This document shows, in pieces, positions 19,235 through 27,582 of a stretch of 64,000 bases of DNA. Origin of the DNA: Patescibacteria group bacterium (GTDB taxonomy: Bacteria; Patescibacteriota; Minisyncoccia; Phycocordibacterales; PALSA-1337). The notes beneath the pieces are model-generated. The model ran no database searches. It was not told the DNA's origin and worked only from the letters and a program-made list of their open reading frames with translations. The stretch is from the NCBI GenBank assembly GCA_038061795.1, contig JBBTYL010000001.1, positions 1,801 to 65,800 of the forward strand, written 5' to 3'. How positions within the stretch are numbered: the stretch's first letter is position 1; every line of letters begins with the position of its first letter. Made by a program: the position numbers and the translations under genes.

Positions 19235-20485
19235 ATGGCCACCTTTCTAAACCGCTCTCAATCTAAAATGATCCTCCACATGGACGGCGATGCTTTCTTC
19301 GTCGGCGTTGAGGTTGCCAAGAATCCCAAGCTCAAGGGCCTGCCTGTCGTCACTGGCCAGGAGAAGGGAATCGTTACGGCATTGTCATACGAAGCCAAGG
19401 CTCTTGGTATCAGTCGAGGCATGCCCGTCTTCAGGCTCAAGAAACTCTACCCCAAGGTCATCATCCTTCCCGGAGACTACAAGTCCTACGCTGACTATTC
19501 ATCGAGGATGTTCGACATCGTGCGCAGGTATGCCGATGACGTGGAGGAATACAGCATCGATGAATGCTTCGCTGATCTCACTGGTCTCGAGCCTCCGCTC
19601 AAGATGACCTATCGACAGATGGCAGAACGGATCAAGAAGGAAATCACCGAGGAGCTCGGGCTGACGGTGTCGGTAGGATTGGCGCCGACGAAGGTCTTGG
19701 CGAAAGTCGCATCGAAGCATCAGAAGCCAGATGGACTGACAGTCATAAATCAGGATGAGATAGGGAAATATCTATCAGAGACGCCAATCGGAAAGATCTG
19801 GGGTATCGGTGCGCAGACGTCGGTGGCGATGATGAAGAAGGGGATAAAGACAGCGCAGGATTTCGTCATGAAGGATGTCTCGTGGGTGAGGGAGCATCTC
19901 TCGAAGCCTCACGAGGCGATCTGGCAGGAATTGAGGGGCGTGTCCGTCATGGAGCTCGATCCGCATTCGAAGACGGAGTATTCGTCCATGCAGCGAACGC
20001 GATCGTTCCATCCGGCGACGAATGACGAGATATTTCTCCTTTCGCAATTTTCAAAGAATATGGAAGAGGCATGTGCCAAGGCTCGGCATTTTCAACTTGT
20101 GCCGAAAGCAGTTTCCATTTTTCTCAAGACGAGGGATTTCCAGTATATCAATCGATCTTTCAATTTAACCTCGCCAACCAATACACCAGAACCGCTCATG
20201 GCACTTGTCCGCGAACATTTCAAAGGCATGCATGTGAAAGGCGTCCTCTATCGCACGACTGGCGTGAGCTTGCTCGGCTTGGTGCCCGAAGGTGCAGCAC
20301 AGAATGATCTCTTTGGAGGCACTGACAGAGCACATAGGTTCGAGGCAGTTCACAAGCAGATCGACAAACTTGAAGAAAAGCACGGCAAGCGCATGGTCTA
20401 TCTGGCCTCGACTCACGATGCACTCAAAAGCAAAGGTCTTGGAACTGAAATGGAGGATTTGGATAGAGATTTGTTGTTCCTTTAG
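19235..20485 (+). CDS. Y-family DNA polymerase (DinB/UmuC-like)
   Basis: ILHMDGDAFFVGVE and SIDECFADLTG motifs. Confidence 0.9.
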   Translation: MATFLNRSQSKMILHMDGDAFFVGVEVAKNPKLKGLPVVTGQEKGIVTALSYEAKALGISRGMPVFRLKKLYPKVIILPGDYKSYADYSSRMFDIVRRYADDVEEYSIDECFADLTGLEPPLKMTYRQMAERIKKEITEELGLTVSVGLAPTKVLAKVASKHQKPDGLTVINQDEIGKYLSETPIGKIWGIGAQTSVAMMKKGIKTAQDFVMKDVSWVREHLSKPHEAIWQELRGVSVMELDPHSKTEYSSMQRTRSFHPATNDEIFLLSQFSKNMEEACAKARHFQLVPKAVSIFLKTRDFQYINRSFNLTSPTNTPEPLMALVREHFKGMHVKGVLYRTTGVSLLGLVPEGAAQNDLFGGTDRAHRFEAVHKQIDKLEEKHGKRMVYLASTHDALKSKGLGTEMEDLDRDLLFL

Positions 20486-20556
20486 GAAATTTTAAAAAAA
20501 GAAAACCGCTGACAAAAGCCAGCGGCTTCCGTGAGCGGTGAATGGGGTTGCACAGA

Positions 20557-21162
20557 TTATAAATTAAAGATGATGCAATAATCAATGAGGGCTTTCGGGG
20601 GCGGCGTGGATTCAACCACTTCGACTGACTCCGCAAGCTTCATGATTGTGTCGCCGAGGACCCAGGCCTCGTAGGGATTTTTGAATGAAATCTTCACGGC
20701 GATTTCTTTGCCGCTGAAGTTCGGGTTTATCGCAGCCGCTCTGAAGAGCCGGGTGCGCTCCGCTTTGCCGAGACTGACGCAATGGCTGTTGAGGAAATTC
20801 TCGAGGTCCGGTTTCTTGACCACGCCAGCGAAACTGATTTTGAGCAAAGCCGGTTTGCCCGCTTGAGAGGCAATCTCCCGAAGTGTTTTCTCGATGTGAC
20901 TCCGGCGCTCCAGCGGGTTTTTAGTCCTTGGTTTTGAGAGCAGTCGCATCACGGCTTTCGCCCTCATGACGACTTTCTTCGGGAACCCATTCGTCATGTT
21001 GACGATGTAGAAGCTCGCGCGACGCGCGAGATCTCGGGCTTTTTCCCACAACTCATCAAGCACGGCGACGATTTGGGTCGCTGTCCAGCTCGGCAAAGCA
21101 TACAACTCTGCGAGCGCATCTTCGGGACTGAAGACTCCGTAGGGGGTATTGATTGTTGTCAT
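20557..21162 (-). CDS. Hypothetical protein (201 aa)
   Basis: ORF with its own promoter (TTGACA...TATACA). A C8 tract sits 3 nt upstream of the ATG. No family recognised. Confidence 0.6.
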   Translation of the reverse strand: MTTINTPYGVFSPEDALAELYALPSWTATQIVAVLDELWEKARDLARRASFYIVNMTNGFPKKVVMRAKAVMRLLSKPRTKNPLERRSHIEKTLREIASQAGKPALLKISFAGVVKKPDLENFLNSHCVSLGKAERTRLFRAAAINPNFSGKEIAVKISFKNPYEAWVLGDTIMKLAESVEVVESTPPPKALIDYCIIFNL

Positions 21163-21270
21163 AACGGGGGGGGAGGTACTCTGTTTTGTTGTTTAATTTG
21201 TGCTTTTCTGCTGCATCCGCAACAGAGGTTCAGCTAATACTGTATAGTAGTTTAGCTTGAATGTCAATCC

Positions 21271-22488
21271 ATGCTATACTTTTTACATATGCTACCGGCT
21301 CAACAGCCCAAAAAGCTTTTCGGATTGAACAAGAATATCTTCATGCTCGGACTCACGAGCTTCTTCAATGATTTTTCGAATGAAATGATACTATCGTCAT
21401 TTCCAGCTTTCTTTACTTCAGTATTGAAATCAGGCGCGGCATCGCTAGGCCTTGTGGAAGGAATCGCCGACGGCGCAGCAAACATTCTAAAGATCTATTC
21501 AGGTCAATTATCAGACAAGCTTCGCAGGCGCAGGATATTCATCTTCATCGGCTACAGCTTATCGGTGGTGGTACGCCCATTCTACATCCTCATGGGAAGT
21601 GTAGCTGGAGTTCTCGGCCTGCGCGTCATTGATCGTGTCGGCAAAGGCATCCGCGAGGCTCCGCGTGACGTAATCATATCGGTGTCTTCATTGTCGGGAG
21701 AGGTGGGAAGATCTTTCGGGTATCACAGAGCCATGGATACAGTCGGAGGAATTCTCGGTCCGCTTACGGCTTTCCTTATATTGGAAAATTGGCCTGGCGC
21801 ATTCAGCACTGTATTTATGACTGCCTTCGTCATCGGACTGTTATCAGTGGCTACCATCTTCTTCGTCAAGGATGTCTTCATTGCTCCTGCCTTTGATGGA
21901 TCTCGAAGATTTTCATTCGCGACGCTCAGGATACTCCCGAAAAGATTCAAAATATACCTTGTTTCGATTTTCATCCTTTCGATCGGCAGCATTCCAGCAG
22001 CTGTGCTTCTACTTTCTGCGCTATCAATCGGCCTTACAGTTGCCTCAATACCGCTTTTTTACATGGTTTACGGCATCTCATTCACATTCTTTTCGTACGG
22101 GGCGGGGAAATTAAGCGATGGCATCGGCACATCAAGAGTTCTCGTTTTCGGTTATGTCTTGCTCGTGCTTTCTTATCTGATGTTCGTTCTTGCACAGACG
22201 ATTCCGACGCTTGTCATCGCTTTCATCACCTTTGGGATTTTTTCGGCTTGCACGGATTCGACACAGCGGGCTTTTGTCGCAAAAGCTACGCCTGAGTCAG
22301 AAAGAGGGACGGCTTACGGGATGTTCAATGCCGTCGTTGGTTTCGGCGTCATGTTTGCCGGCATTATTGGAGGATACCTATGGCAGCATTTCGGAGCCCT
22401 AACATCGCTTTTTGTGGCCGAGGGCTTCGTTCTTGTCGGACTCATTCTATTTTTTGTCAGCTCAAAGGTCGGAAAGAATATAGCTTAA
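21271..22488 (+). CDS. MFS transporter
   Basis: About 12 hydrophobic segments and a loop motif DRVGKGIREAPRD. The start may be MLPAQQ at 21289. Confidence 0.85.
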   Translation: MLYFLHMLPAQQPKKLFGLNKNIFMLGLTSFFNDFSNEMILSSFPAFFTSVLKSGAASLGLVEGIADGAANILKIYSGQLSDKLRRRRIFIFIGYSLSVVVRPFYILMGSVAGVLGLRVIDRVGKGIREAPRDVIISVSSLSGEVGRSFGYHRAMDTVGGILGPLTAFLILENWPGAFSTVFMTAFVIGLLSVATIFFVKDVFIAPAFDGSRRFSFATLRILPKRFKIYLVSIFILSIGSIPAAVLLLSALSIGLTVASIPLFYMVYGISFTFFSYGAGKLSDGIGTSRVLVFGYVLLVLSYLMFVLAQTIPTLVIAFITFGIFSACTDSTQRAFVAKATPESERGTAYGMFNAVVGFGVMFAGIIGGYLWQHFGALTSLFVAEGFVLVGLILFFVSSKVGKNIA

Positions 22489-23069
22489 AAGGGAAGCGTG
22501 AAGGTCATTGCGCTCTCATTCTTCATTTCCCATTTGGAAGTATCGAGTTTGATATCGCGTATCATTCCTCCTGCGCCGAGGTCCTTGTACTTTAACTTTC
22601 CATTTTTTAAAGCATACTTGTAGATTTCCTTCGTGATTTTTACGTCTTCAATGCAGTACTTTATTATTTTTTCAATCTCGCCTTGCTGCCACCAAGTAAT
22701 CGCATCGAGCCCGTGCCCGCTTTTGTTTTTTCCAAGCGTAGCTTCTGCCAATGTGTCAAGCTTGATGCGCCGACCAAGCGAATTTCTGACCTCGACAAGA
22801 AGATCAAGGCTCTTTATCTTCGTCAGATCGCCTGAATAGTACTTATTCAAAAGGGGAATATCGAAATGGTCGCCATTGAAAGTGATGAGCATATCCGCTT
22901 GTTCGATGATGGGCCAGAGCTTCGGCAAATCCTCCTGCAGATAGCTTGAATATTCGTCAGTCAGCGAATCATGTATGCAAACTACGGAAATATCTAAGGC
23001 TGAGGACTCTGTCGAACCGACATCCTGAAAAGTATTCCGCGTTTCGATATCAAAAGTTATTTTTCTCAT
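22485..23069 (-). CDS. RNase H-fold 3'-5' exonuclease-like protein
   Basis: FDIET...FNGDHFDIP...Y.IEDV acidic motifs of the DEDD/PolB-exo type. Overlaps the hisS 3' end by 20 nt. Confidence 0.65.
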   Translation of the reverse strand: MRKITFDIETRNTFQDVGSTESSALDISVVCIHDSLTDEYSSYLQEDLPKLWPIIEQADMLITFNGDHFDIPLLNKYYSGDLTKIKSLDLLVEVRNSLGRRIKLDTLAEATLGKNKSGHGLDAITWWQQGEIEKIIKYCIEDVKITKEIYKYALKNGKLKYKDLGAGGMIRDIKLDTSKWEMKNESAMTFTLPF

Positions 23070-24351
23070 AAAGCGTCTCTTTTCCGGTTGCCAGGTTTTT
23101 TATTTTCAAATTTCCTGTCCTCACCTCTTCTTCTCCAATGCAGATGATGTTTGGGATATGGATTTTGTTGGCATTTTTGATCTGATCGCCAATCTTCCTG
23201 AAAGAATAGTCCAAAGCGACTCGTTTTCCTTTTAAACGCAACATTTGAGCAACGTCTTGGGCATACTCAGCTGCTTCTTTATTTATAATGCAGATATAGA
23301 TATCGGCAGGGAAAGATGATTCCAGCTTCGCAAGCTTGCCGTAGGTTTCAAGAAGGTCGCGGGCAATCACGTCTCCGGCGCCAAACCCAACTGCTGGGAC
23401 TTTTTCACCGCCGAAGAGGTCCAGAAGGTCGTCATAACGTCCGCCACCGAAGACTGATCGTCGATTTGCAGGATTTTTATCAAAGATTTCAAAGATAATG
23501 CCAGTGTAATAGTCGGAACCACGGACAAGGGTCTGGTCAAAACGGGTATTTGTAATGCCGAGTTTCTCGAGAGCCAGCAAAACCTGTCTTATTTCACTAA
23601 TACCTTCATGCTCTTCTGTGCTTTGCTGAAGATTCTGAGTGAATTCTTCGAAGTTCTGTGAATTGAGCAAGGTTAGGAATTGTGTGATCTTTTTTCCTTC
23701 AGGGACGTCGCCAAGAATGCCTTCCGCAGTCGCTGTAAAAACATCGGCCGGAATCTTATTTCTCTTGTCTATTAATTTCAGAAGCTTCTGCGCTTTATCA
23801 GGATTCAGCTCAAAAAGAGTTTGCGTGATGTAATTCAAAACCTTTCTATTGCTGATGCGAATTTCGAAATCCGTATCGGTGAGACCATAGGCTTTTGTAA
23901 TCTCGTGTGCCATTTGGATAGTTTCAATCTCTGCTTGGAGGCTATCTACGCCAAATATATCGACATTGAGCTGCCAGAATTCACGGATGCGTCCACGCTG
24001 TGGCTGTTCATAGCGGAAAAGGTTCGGAATCGAATACCATCGGAGGGGGTAGCCCAGCTCTCGCTTTCTGGCGGCAACCATTCGTGCGACAGTCGGTGTA
24101 ATTTCTGGCCTCAAAGTGACTTCACGGTCTCCGCGATCCATGAACGTGTATGTCTGCTCATTGATGATTTCTTCTCCTGATTTTGCACGATAAAGATCAG
24201 CGGGCTCAAGGACTGAAGCATTGTATTCTTGGTATCCGAACTTTTCAGCTACATTTCGCCAGATAGTGAAAATCTGATTCTGAACGGACATGTCTTCTGG
24301 ATAGAAGTCTCGGACGCCTTTGTAGGCTTCGGTCGATAATTTTTTGCTCAT
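23050..24351 (-). CDS. hisS: Histidine--tRNA ligase
   Basis: GVRDFYPED, class II motifs and GGGRYDDL. I prefer ATG 24351 (MSKKLSTEAYKG) over the TTG at 24369. Confidence 0.93.
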   Translation of the reverse strand: MSKKLSTEAYKGVRDFYPEDMSVQNQIFTIWRNVAEKFGYQEYNASVLEPADLYRAKSGEEIINEQTYTFMDRGDREVTLRPEITPTVARMVAARKRELGYPLRWYSIPNLFRYEQPQRGRIREFWQLNVDIFGVDSLQAEIETIQMAHEITKAYGLTDTDFEIRISNRKVLNYITQTLFELNPDKAQKLLKLIDKRNKIPADVFTATAEGILGDVPEGKKITQFLTLLNSQNFEEFTQNLQQSTEEHEGISEIRQVLLALEKLGITNTRFDQTLVRGSDYYTGIIFEIFDKNPANRRSVFGGGRYDDLLDLFGGEKVPAVGFGAGDVIARDLLETYGKLAKLESSFPADIYICIINKEAAEYAQDVAQMLRLKGKRVALDYSFRKIGDQIKNANKIHIPNIICIGEEEVRTGNLKIKNLATGKETLYEKNNF

Positions 24352-24382
24352 ATGCAACCATTCTATCAAATACGAGGAAATT

Positions 24383-24528
24383 TACAAAAAAGAAAGACAC
24401 GCAGTAGGTTTTTGGCTGCGTGTCGAGGCGAGTGACTTAAGTACGCATTGCAGAAGGCAGGATTCGTGAAGGGGTGCAACTCGAGGAATCCTATAGAAAT
24501 GCAATCTGCAGTAAGAAGAACCATTGAC
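24383..24528 (-). ncRNA. Candidate structured leader or sRNA upstream of hisS (unclassified)
   Basis: Minus-strand promoter TTGTTA (24563-24558)-N17-TATCAT (24540-24535). Internal stems include AGGATTC...GAATCCT. A perfect terminator GACACGCAG/CTGCGTGTC (24396-24424) plus a T-run lies about 45 nt before the hisS ATG. Confidence 0.45.
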
Positions 24529-24564
24529 GTTACTATGATATAGTATTTTTATTATTATAACAAC

Positions 24565-25257
24565 ATGTACTTATTCTACAAAAACATCGGCGAAACGCCG
24601 CTTAAGTGCCTCGAAAGAATCCGGCTAGAATACGGAAAGCCCGCTGAAACCCCTATGACCTATGCCGGACGTCTTGACCCGATGGCGGAAGGCCTTCTCA
24701 TTATCCTTGCTGGCGAGGATTGCAAGCAGAAGGAAAAATATCTCAAGATGGACAAGGAATATGAAGTCGAAGTTCTTTTTGGCGTATCGACTGATACCTA
24801 CGATCAGCTTGGCCTGATAGAAAAAGCCGAAAAAAAGGATTTTGATGCTATAAATTTTGATAAGTATAAGGGCAAGTTTACTCAGGAATATCCGAAGTAT
24901 TCTTCAAAAGTTTTAGCGATGAAAGAGGTGCCCGATGAAATGCCAACCAAGGACGTTGAGATTTTTTCGATTGAACAAATCGGCTCGAAGGCGCTTTCGG
25001 GACAGAGGATTGCGGAAACTGTTTTGGAAAATATCAAAAAAGTAACTGGTGAATTCCGTCAGGAGGAGATATCCACAAAATGGAGAGAATTTGGAGAAAA
25101 ATTCAAGACAACACGCTTCATGATCATAAAACTGAAAGTTGCATGTTCAAGCGGAACCTATATGCGTTCGCTCGCAAATAGGATCGGCATTGACGCTGGT
25201 ATTCCGGCAATGGCTTATTCAATAAAAAGGACGCGGATAAATGGGTACAAGATTTAG
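24565..25257 (+). CDS. truB: TruB-family tRNA pseudouridine synthase
   Basis: TYAGRLDPMAEGLLIIL catalytic Asp motif. Confidence 0.8.
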   Translation: MYLFYKNIGETPLKCLERIRLEYGKPAETPMTYAGRLDPMAEGLLIILAGEDCKQKEKYLKMDKEYEVEVLFGVSTDTYDQLGLIEKAEKKDFDAINFDKYKGKFTQEYPKYSSKVLAMKEVPDEMPTKDVEIFSIEQIGSKALSGQRIAETVLENIKKVTGEFRQEEISTKWREFGEKFKTTRFMIIKLKVACSSGTYMRSLANRIGIDAGIPAMAYSIKRTRINGYKI

Positions 25258-25276
25258 GTCGTGGTAAGATAGGTGT

Positions 25277-26251
25277 ATGAGAAAAATCATCGTAAAGGAA
25301 GGTCCGATTGTTTTCATGAGGAATGTCTTTACAATGGAAATTATCGCATGCCTTTTCTTTTTTGCTGTCTCGTTCCTTGGAAACTATGAGCTTCTCTACA
25401 AGAGTCTCAACCTCCATGACTACATTCGTTTTGACATCTTTGAAGTGCTCGCTTTTTCAGTTTTTCAGCTCATATACATAACTGTACTTTTTCTTGATTG
25501 GTATTTTTCTCATTTTGAGATTCTTGAAAAGGAAATTGTTAGGAAATCTGGACTCATTTTCAGGCGAAAGAAATCTGTAAGTCTAGCCGACGTTGCTTCT
25601 GTTGAGATATATCAGAGTCCACTTGGTAGAATGATGAGCCATGCAACCATTATTCTCGAACACAGCAATTCACGGGTGACGAAGCTCAAAAATGTTTCTA
25701 ATTTTGACGAATATGTTCATGTCATCAAACAGCTTGTCCAAAGTGCTTCAGGAAGAGTGCTTACAAAGGATCCAAAGGTTTTGATTGAGGAAGGTGAGGG
25801 GCTTTTTGTAGAGTTCAAAGAAACACTTCGTTATGATGCCCGCAAAGGAGAGATCAGCAAAGAGCTTGAGAGAATGGTTGTGAAGACGATTGTCGGATTT
25901 TTGAATGCTGACGGAGGAACACTTATGATAGGGGTGAATGATGATGGAAGAGTGACGGGTCTTGAGAATGATTACAAAACATTGCCAAAGAAAAGCAGAG
26001 ACGGCTTTGAGAATCATATGACCATGCTTGTAAAGACAATGATAGGGCTTTCATTTACAAAATACGTAAGTGTTGCTTTTGAAGTGATCGATGGAAAAGA
26101 TATTTGTCTTGTTACAGTACGCGAAGGACATAAGCCAGCATATCTTACGAATGGCGATAAAAAGGAGGATTTCTATGTGCGAGTGGGGAATTCAACCCAA
26201 CCATATTCAATGAGCGAGGCATCGGAATATATCAAAACGCATTGGGAGTAA
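25277..26251 (+). CDS. Membrane bPH (YdbS/YdbT-like) domain fused to an AlbA_2/Schlafen-like domain
   Basis: Two N-terminal TM helices plus a bacterial PH pattern (EKEIVRKSGLIFRRKKSVSLADVASVEI). The C-terminal EGEGLFVEFKETL...IVGFLNADGGTLMIGVNDDGRVTGL is typical of AlbA_2. Confidence 0.7.
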   Translation: MRKIIVKEGPIVFMRNVFTMEIIACLFFFAVSFLGNYELLYKSLNLHDYIRFDIFEVLAFSVFQLIYITVLFLDWYFSHFEILEKEIVRKSGLIFRRKKSVSLADVASVEIYQSPLGRMMSHATIILEHSNSRVTKLKNVSNFDEYVHVIKQLVQSASGRVLTKDPKVLIEEGEGLFVEFKETLRYDARKGEISKELERMVVKTIVGFLNADGGTLMIGVNDDGRVTGLENDYKTLPKKSRDGFENHMTMLVKTMIGLSFTKYVSVAFEVIDGKDICLVTVREGHKPAYLTNGDKKEDFYVRVGNSTQPYSMSEASEYIKTHWE

Positions 26252-26356
26252 TGTCAAATTGACCACAGCCATGACGCGGTGATACCATCATGAAGAATGC
26301 TCTTTGCTGTTTAAAGAGTGCAACCGAAAACAAACTAACCCAGAAGGGAGGTTATC

Positions 26357-27562
26357 ATGAATGGACAAGCAGACGAACTTTTCAGTATTCACGGACAACA
26401 GATGGATTTAAAACAGTTTTCAGACGTCGCCAGACCAGATCAGATAATCAAGCTTGTGAGGTCGGCTATTGCAGCCTGTGGTCGCATACCAGGCATTGAT
26501 CTTGAGATTGTGGCGTCTATTGTGGTGAGAGTACTTCCAGCCCTGAAAGATTCTTTCAGGTCAGACAGGGGAGCAACTTTCATAACATTTGCATCTCAAC
26601 GTGTACGTTGGGAAATTGGACACGGAATGAGAAGTCGTGAAGTTTTTAGACAAGGACAACTTCGAGTTCCAAAGTCTGAACGTGATAGAACGGCTTTTGT
26701 TCATCTTGATGATTCAGCAGCCGACAATTTTAATCTTCACGAGAAGATTGCGGGTTCAGATAATTCTGCGGTTGGAACAGAAGTCGATGCGAAGGATCTT
26801 CTCTGGGAGCTCGCTGACCCTGTTTCAGTAATGCTGGGAATGTTAAGGGTTATACCTTTTTCAGAACGGCAACGCATGATTGAAATCTTTGAAAGTTGCT
26901 ACGGCTTGAATGGTAGGACCAAACAATCTTTTACTGCCGTTTCAAAGAGATGGCACTTACACACAAGCAGACCAAGGCAGATCATCGAAAAAGCTTGGGA
27001 AAGACTTGCCTTTGCTCTCTCGCCGATTCACAGTCATGCGGAGTTGGCGGATACGCTTGCTCGGATAACTTATTTGGAAGACGTCTTGGGTGAGCCTTTC
27101 TCAATCCGACCCGCTGTCTTGAGTCAAATCGAGTATGAGGAAATACTTGCTCGATTCACTGCACGCTCGGTTGAGCGTAAGGTTCGGAAGAGAGAGAATC
27201 TATTACAGCTTCCACTCGGCCCCTTTGAAAAGGCTTACGGACTTACACGACAAGAGGCGATGGTGTTTGCAGTTTGTCAGGTCTTTGGAATCCCGCTTGC
27301 GAGGTTTCGCGGACCAGATTCAGATAAAAACACTTCAACCGGACGTTATGTAGCTGCATTCCTTCTCGACAGTGACCTAAAAGTCGACTTCGAGACAATC
27401 GGTCAGCTCATCGGGAGGTCGGTAGGCATGGCCAGACAGGGCAAGTTCAAGATAGCCTTGGAGATCAAGGAGGGTAATCGGAAGATTATCGAGGCTATCA
27501 GTTCAATTCGGTGCCTTTACGAAAGCACTATTTCACCAAATCAAAAGAGGACCCTTGCATGA
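26357..27562 (+). CDS. Sigma-70-like protein with a DnaA domain-IV-like C-terminus
   Basis: GGGAGG RBS. Has a region-2-like FITFASQRVRWEI and a region-4-like HTH (SFTAVSKRWHLHTSRPRQIIEKAWERLA). The C-terminal VCQVFGIPLARF...GRYVAAFLL...ETIGQLIGRS resembles the DnaA C-terminal DNA-binding domain. Confidence 0.5.
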   Translation: MNGQADELFSIHGQQMDLKQFSDVARPDQIIKLVRSAIAACGRIPGIDLEIVASIVVRVLPALKDSFRSDRGATFITFASQRVRWEIGHGMRSREVFRQGQLRVPKSERDRTAFVHLDDSAADNFNLHEKIAGSDNSAVGTEVDAKDLLWELADPVSVMLGMLRVIPFSERQRMIEIFESCYGLNGRTKQSFTAVSKRWHLHTSRPRQIIEKAWERLAFALSPIHSHAELADTLARITYLEDVLGEPFSIRPAVLSQIEYEEILARFTARSVERKVRKRENLLQLPLGPFEKAYGLTRQEAMVFAVCQVFGIPLARFRGPDSDKNTSTGRYVAAFLLDSDLKVDFETIGQLIGRSVGMARQGKFKIALEIKEGNRKIIEAISSIRCLYESTISPNQKRTLA

Positions 27563-27582
27563 GCGGTGGGCCCTCTTTCTTT

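Noticed and set aside
24383-24528. Calling the hisS upstream element a T-box riboswitch.
   Set aside because: The context fits, but I could not locate the conserved T-box sequence, a convincing antiterminator, or a His specifier by eye. I left it as an unclassified candidate.
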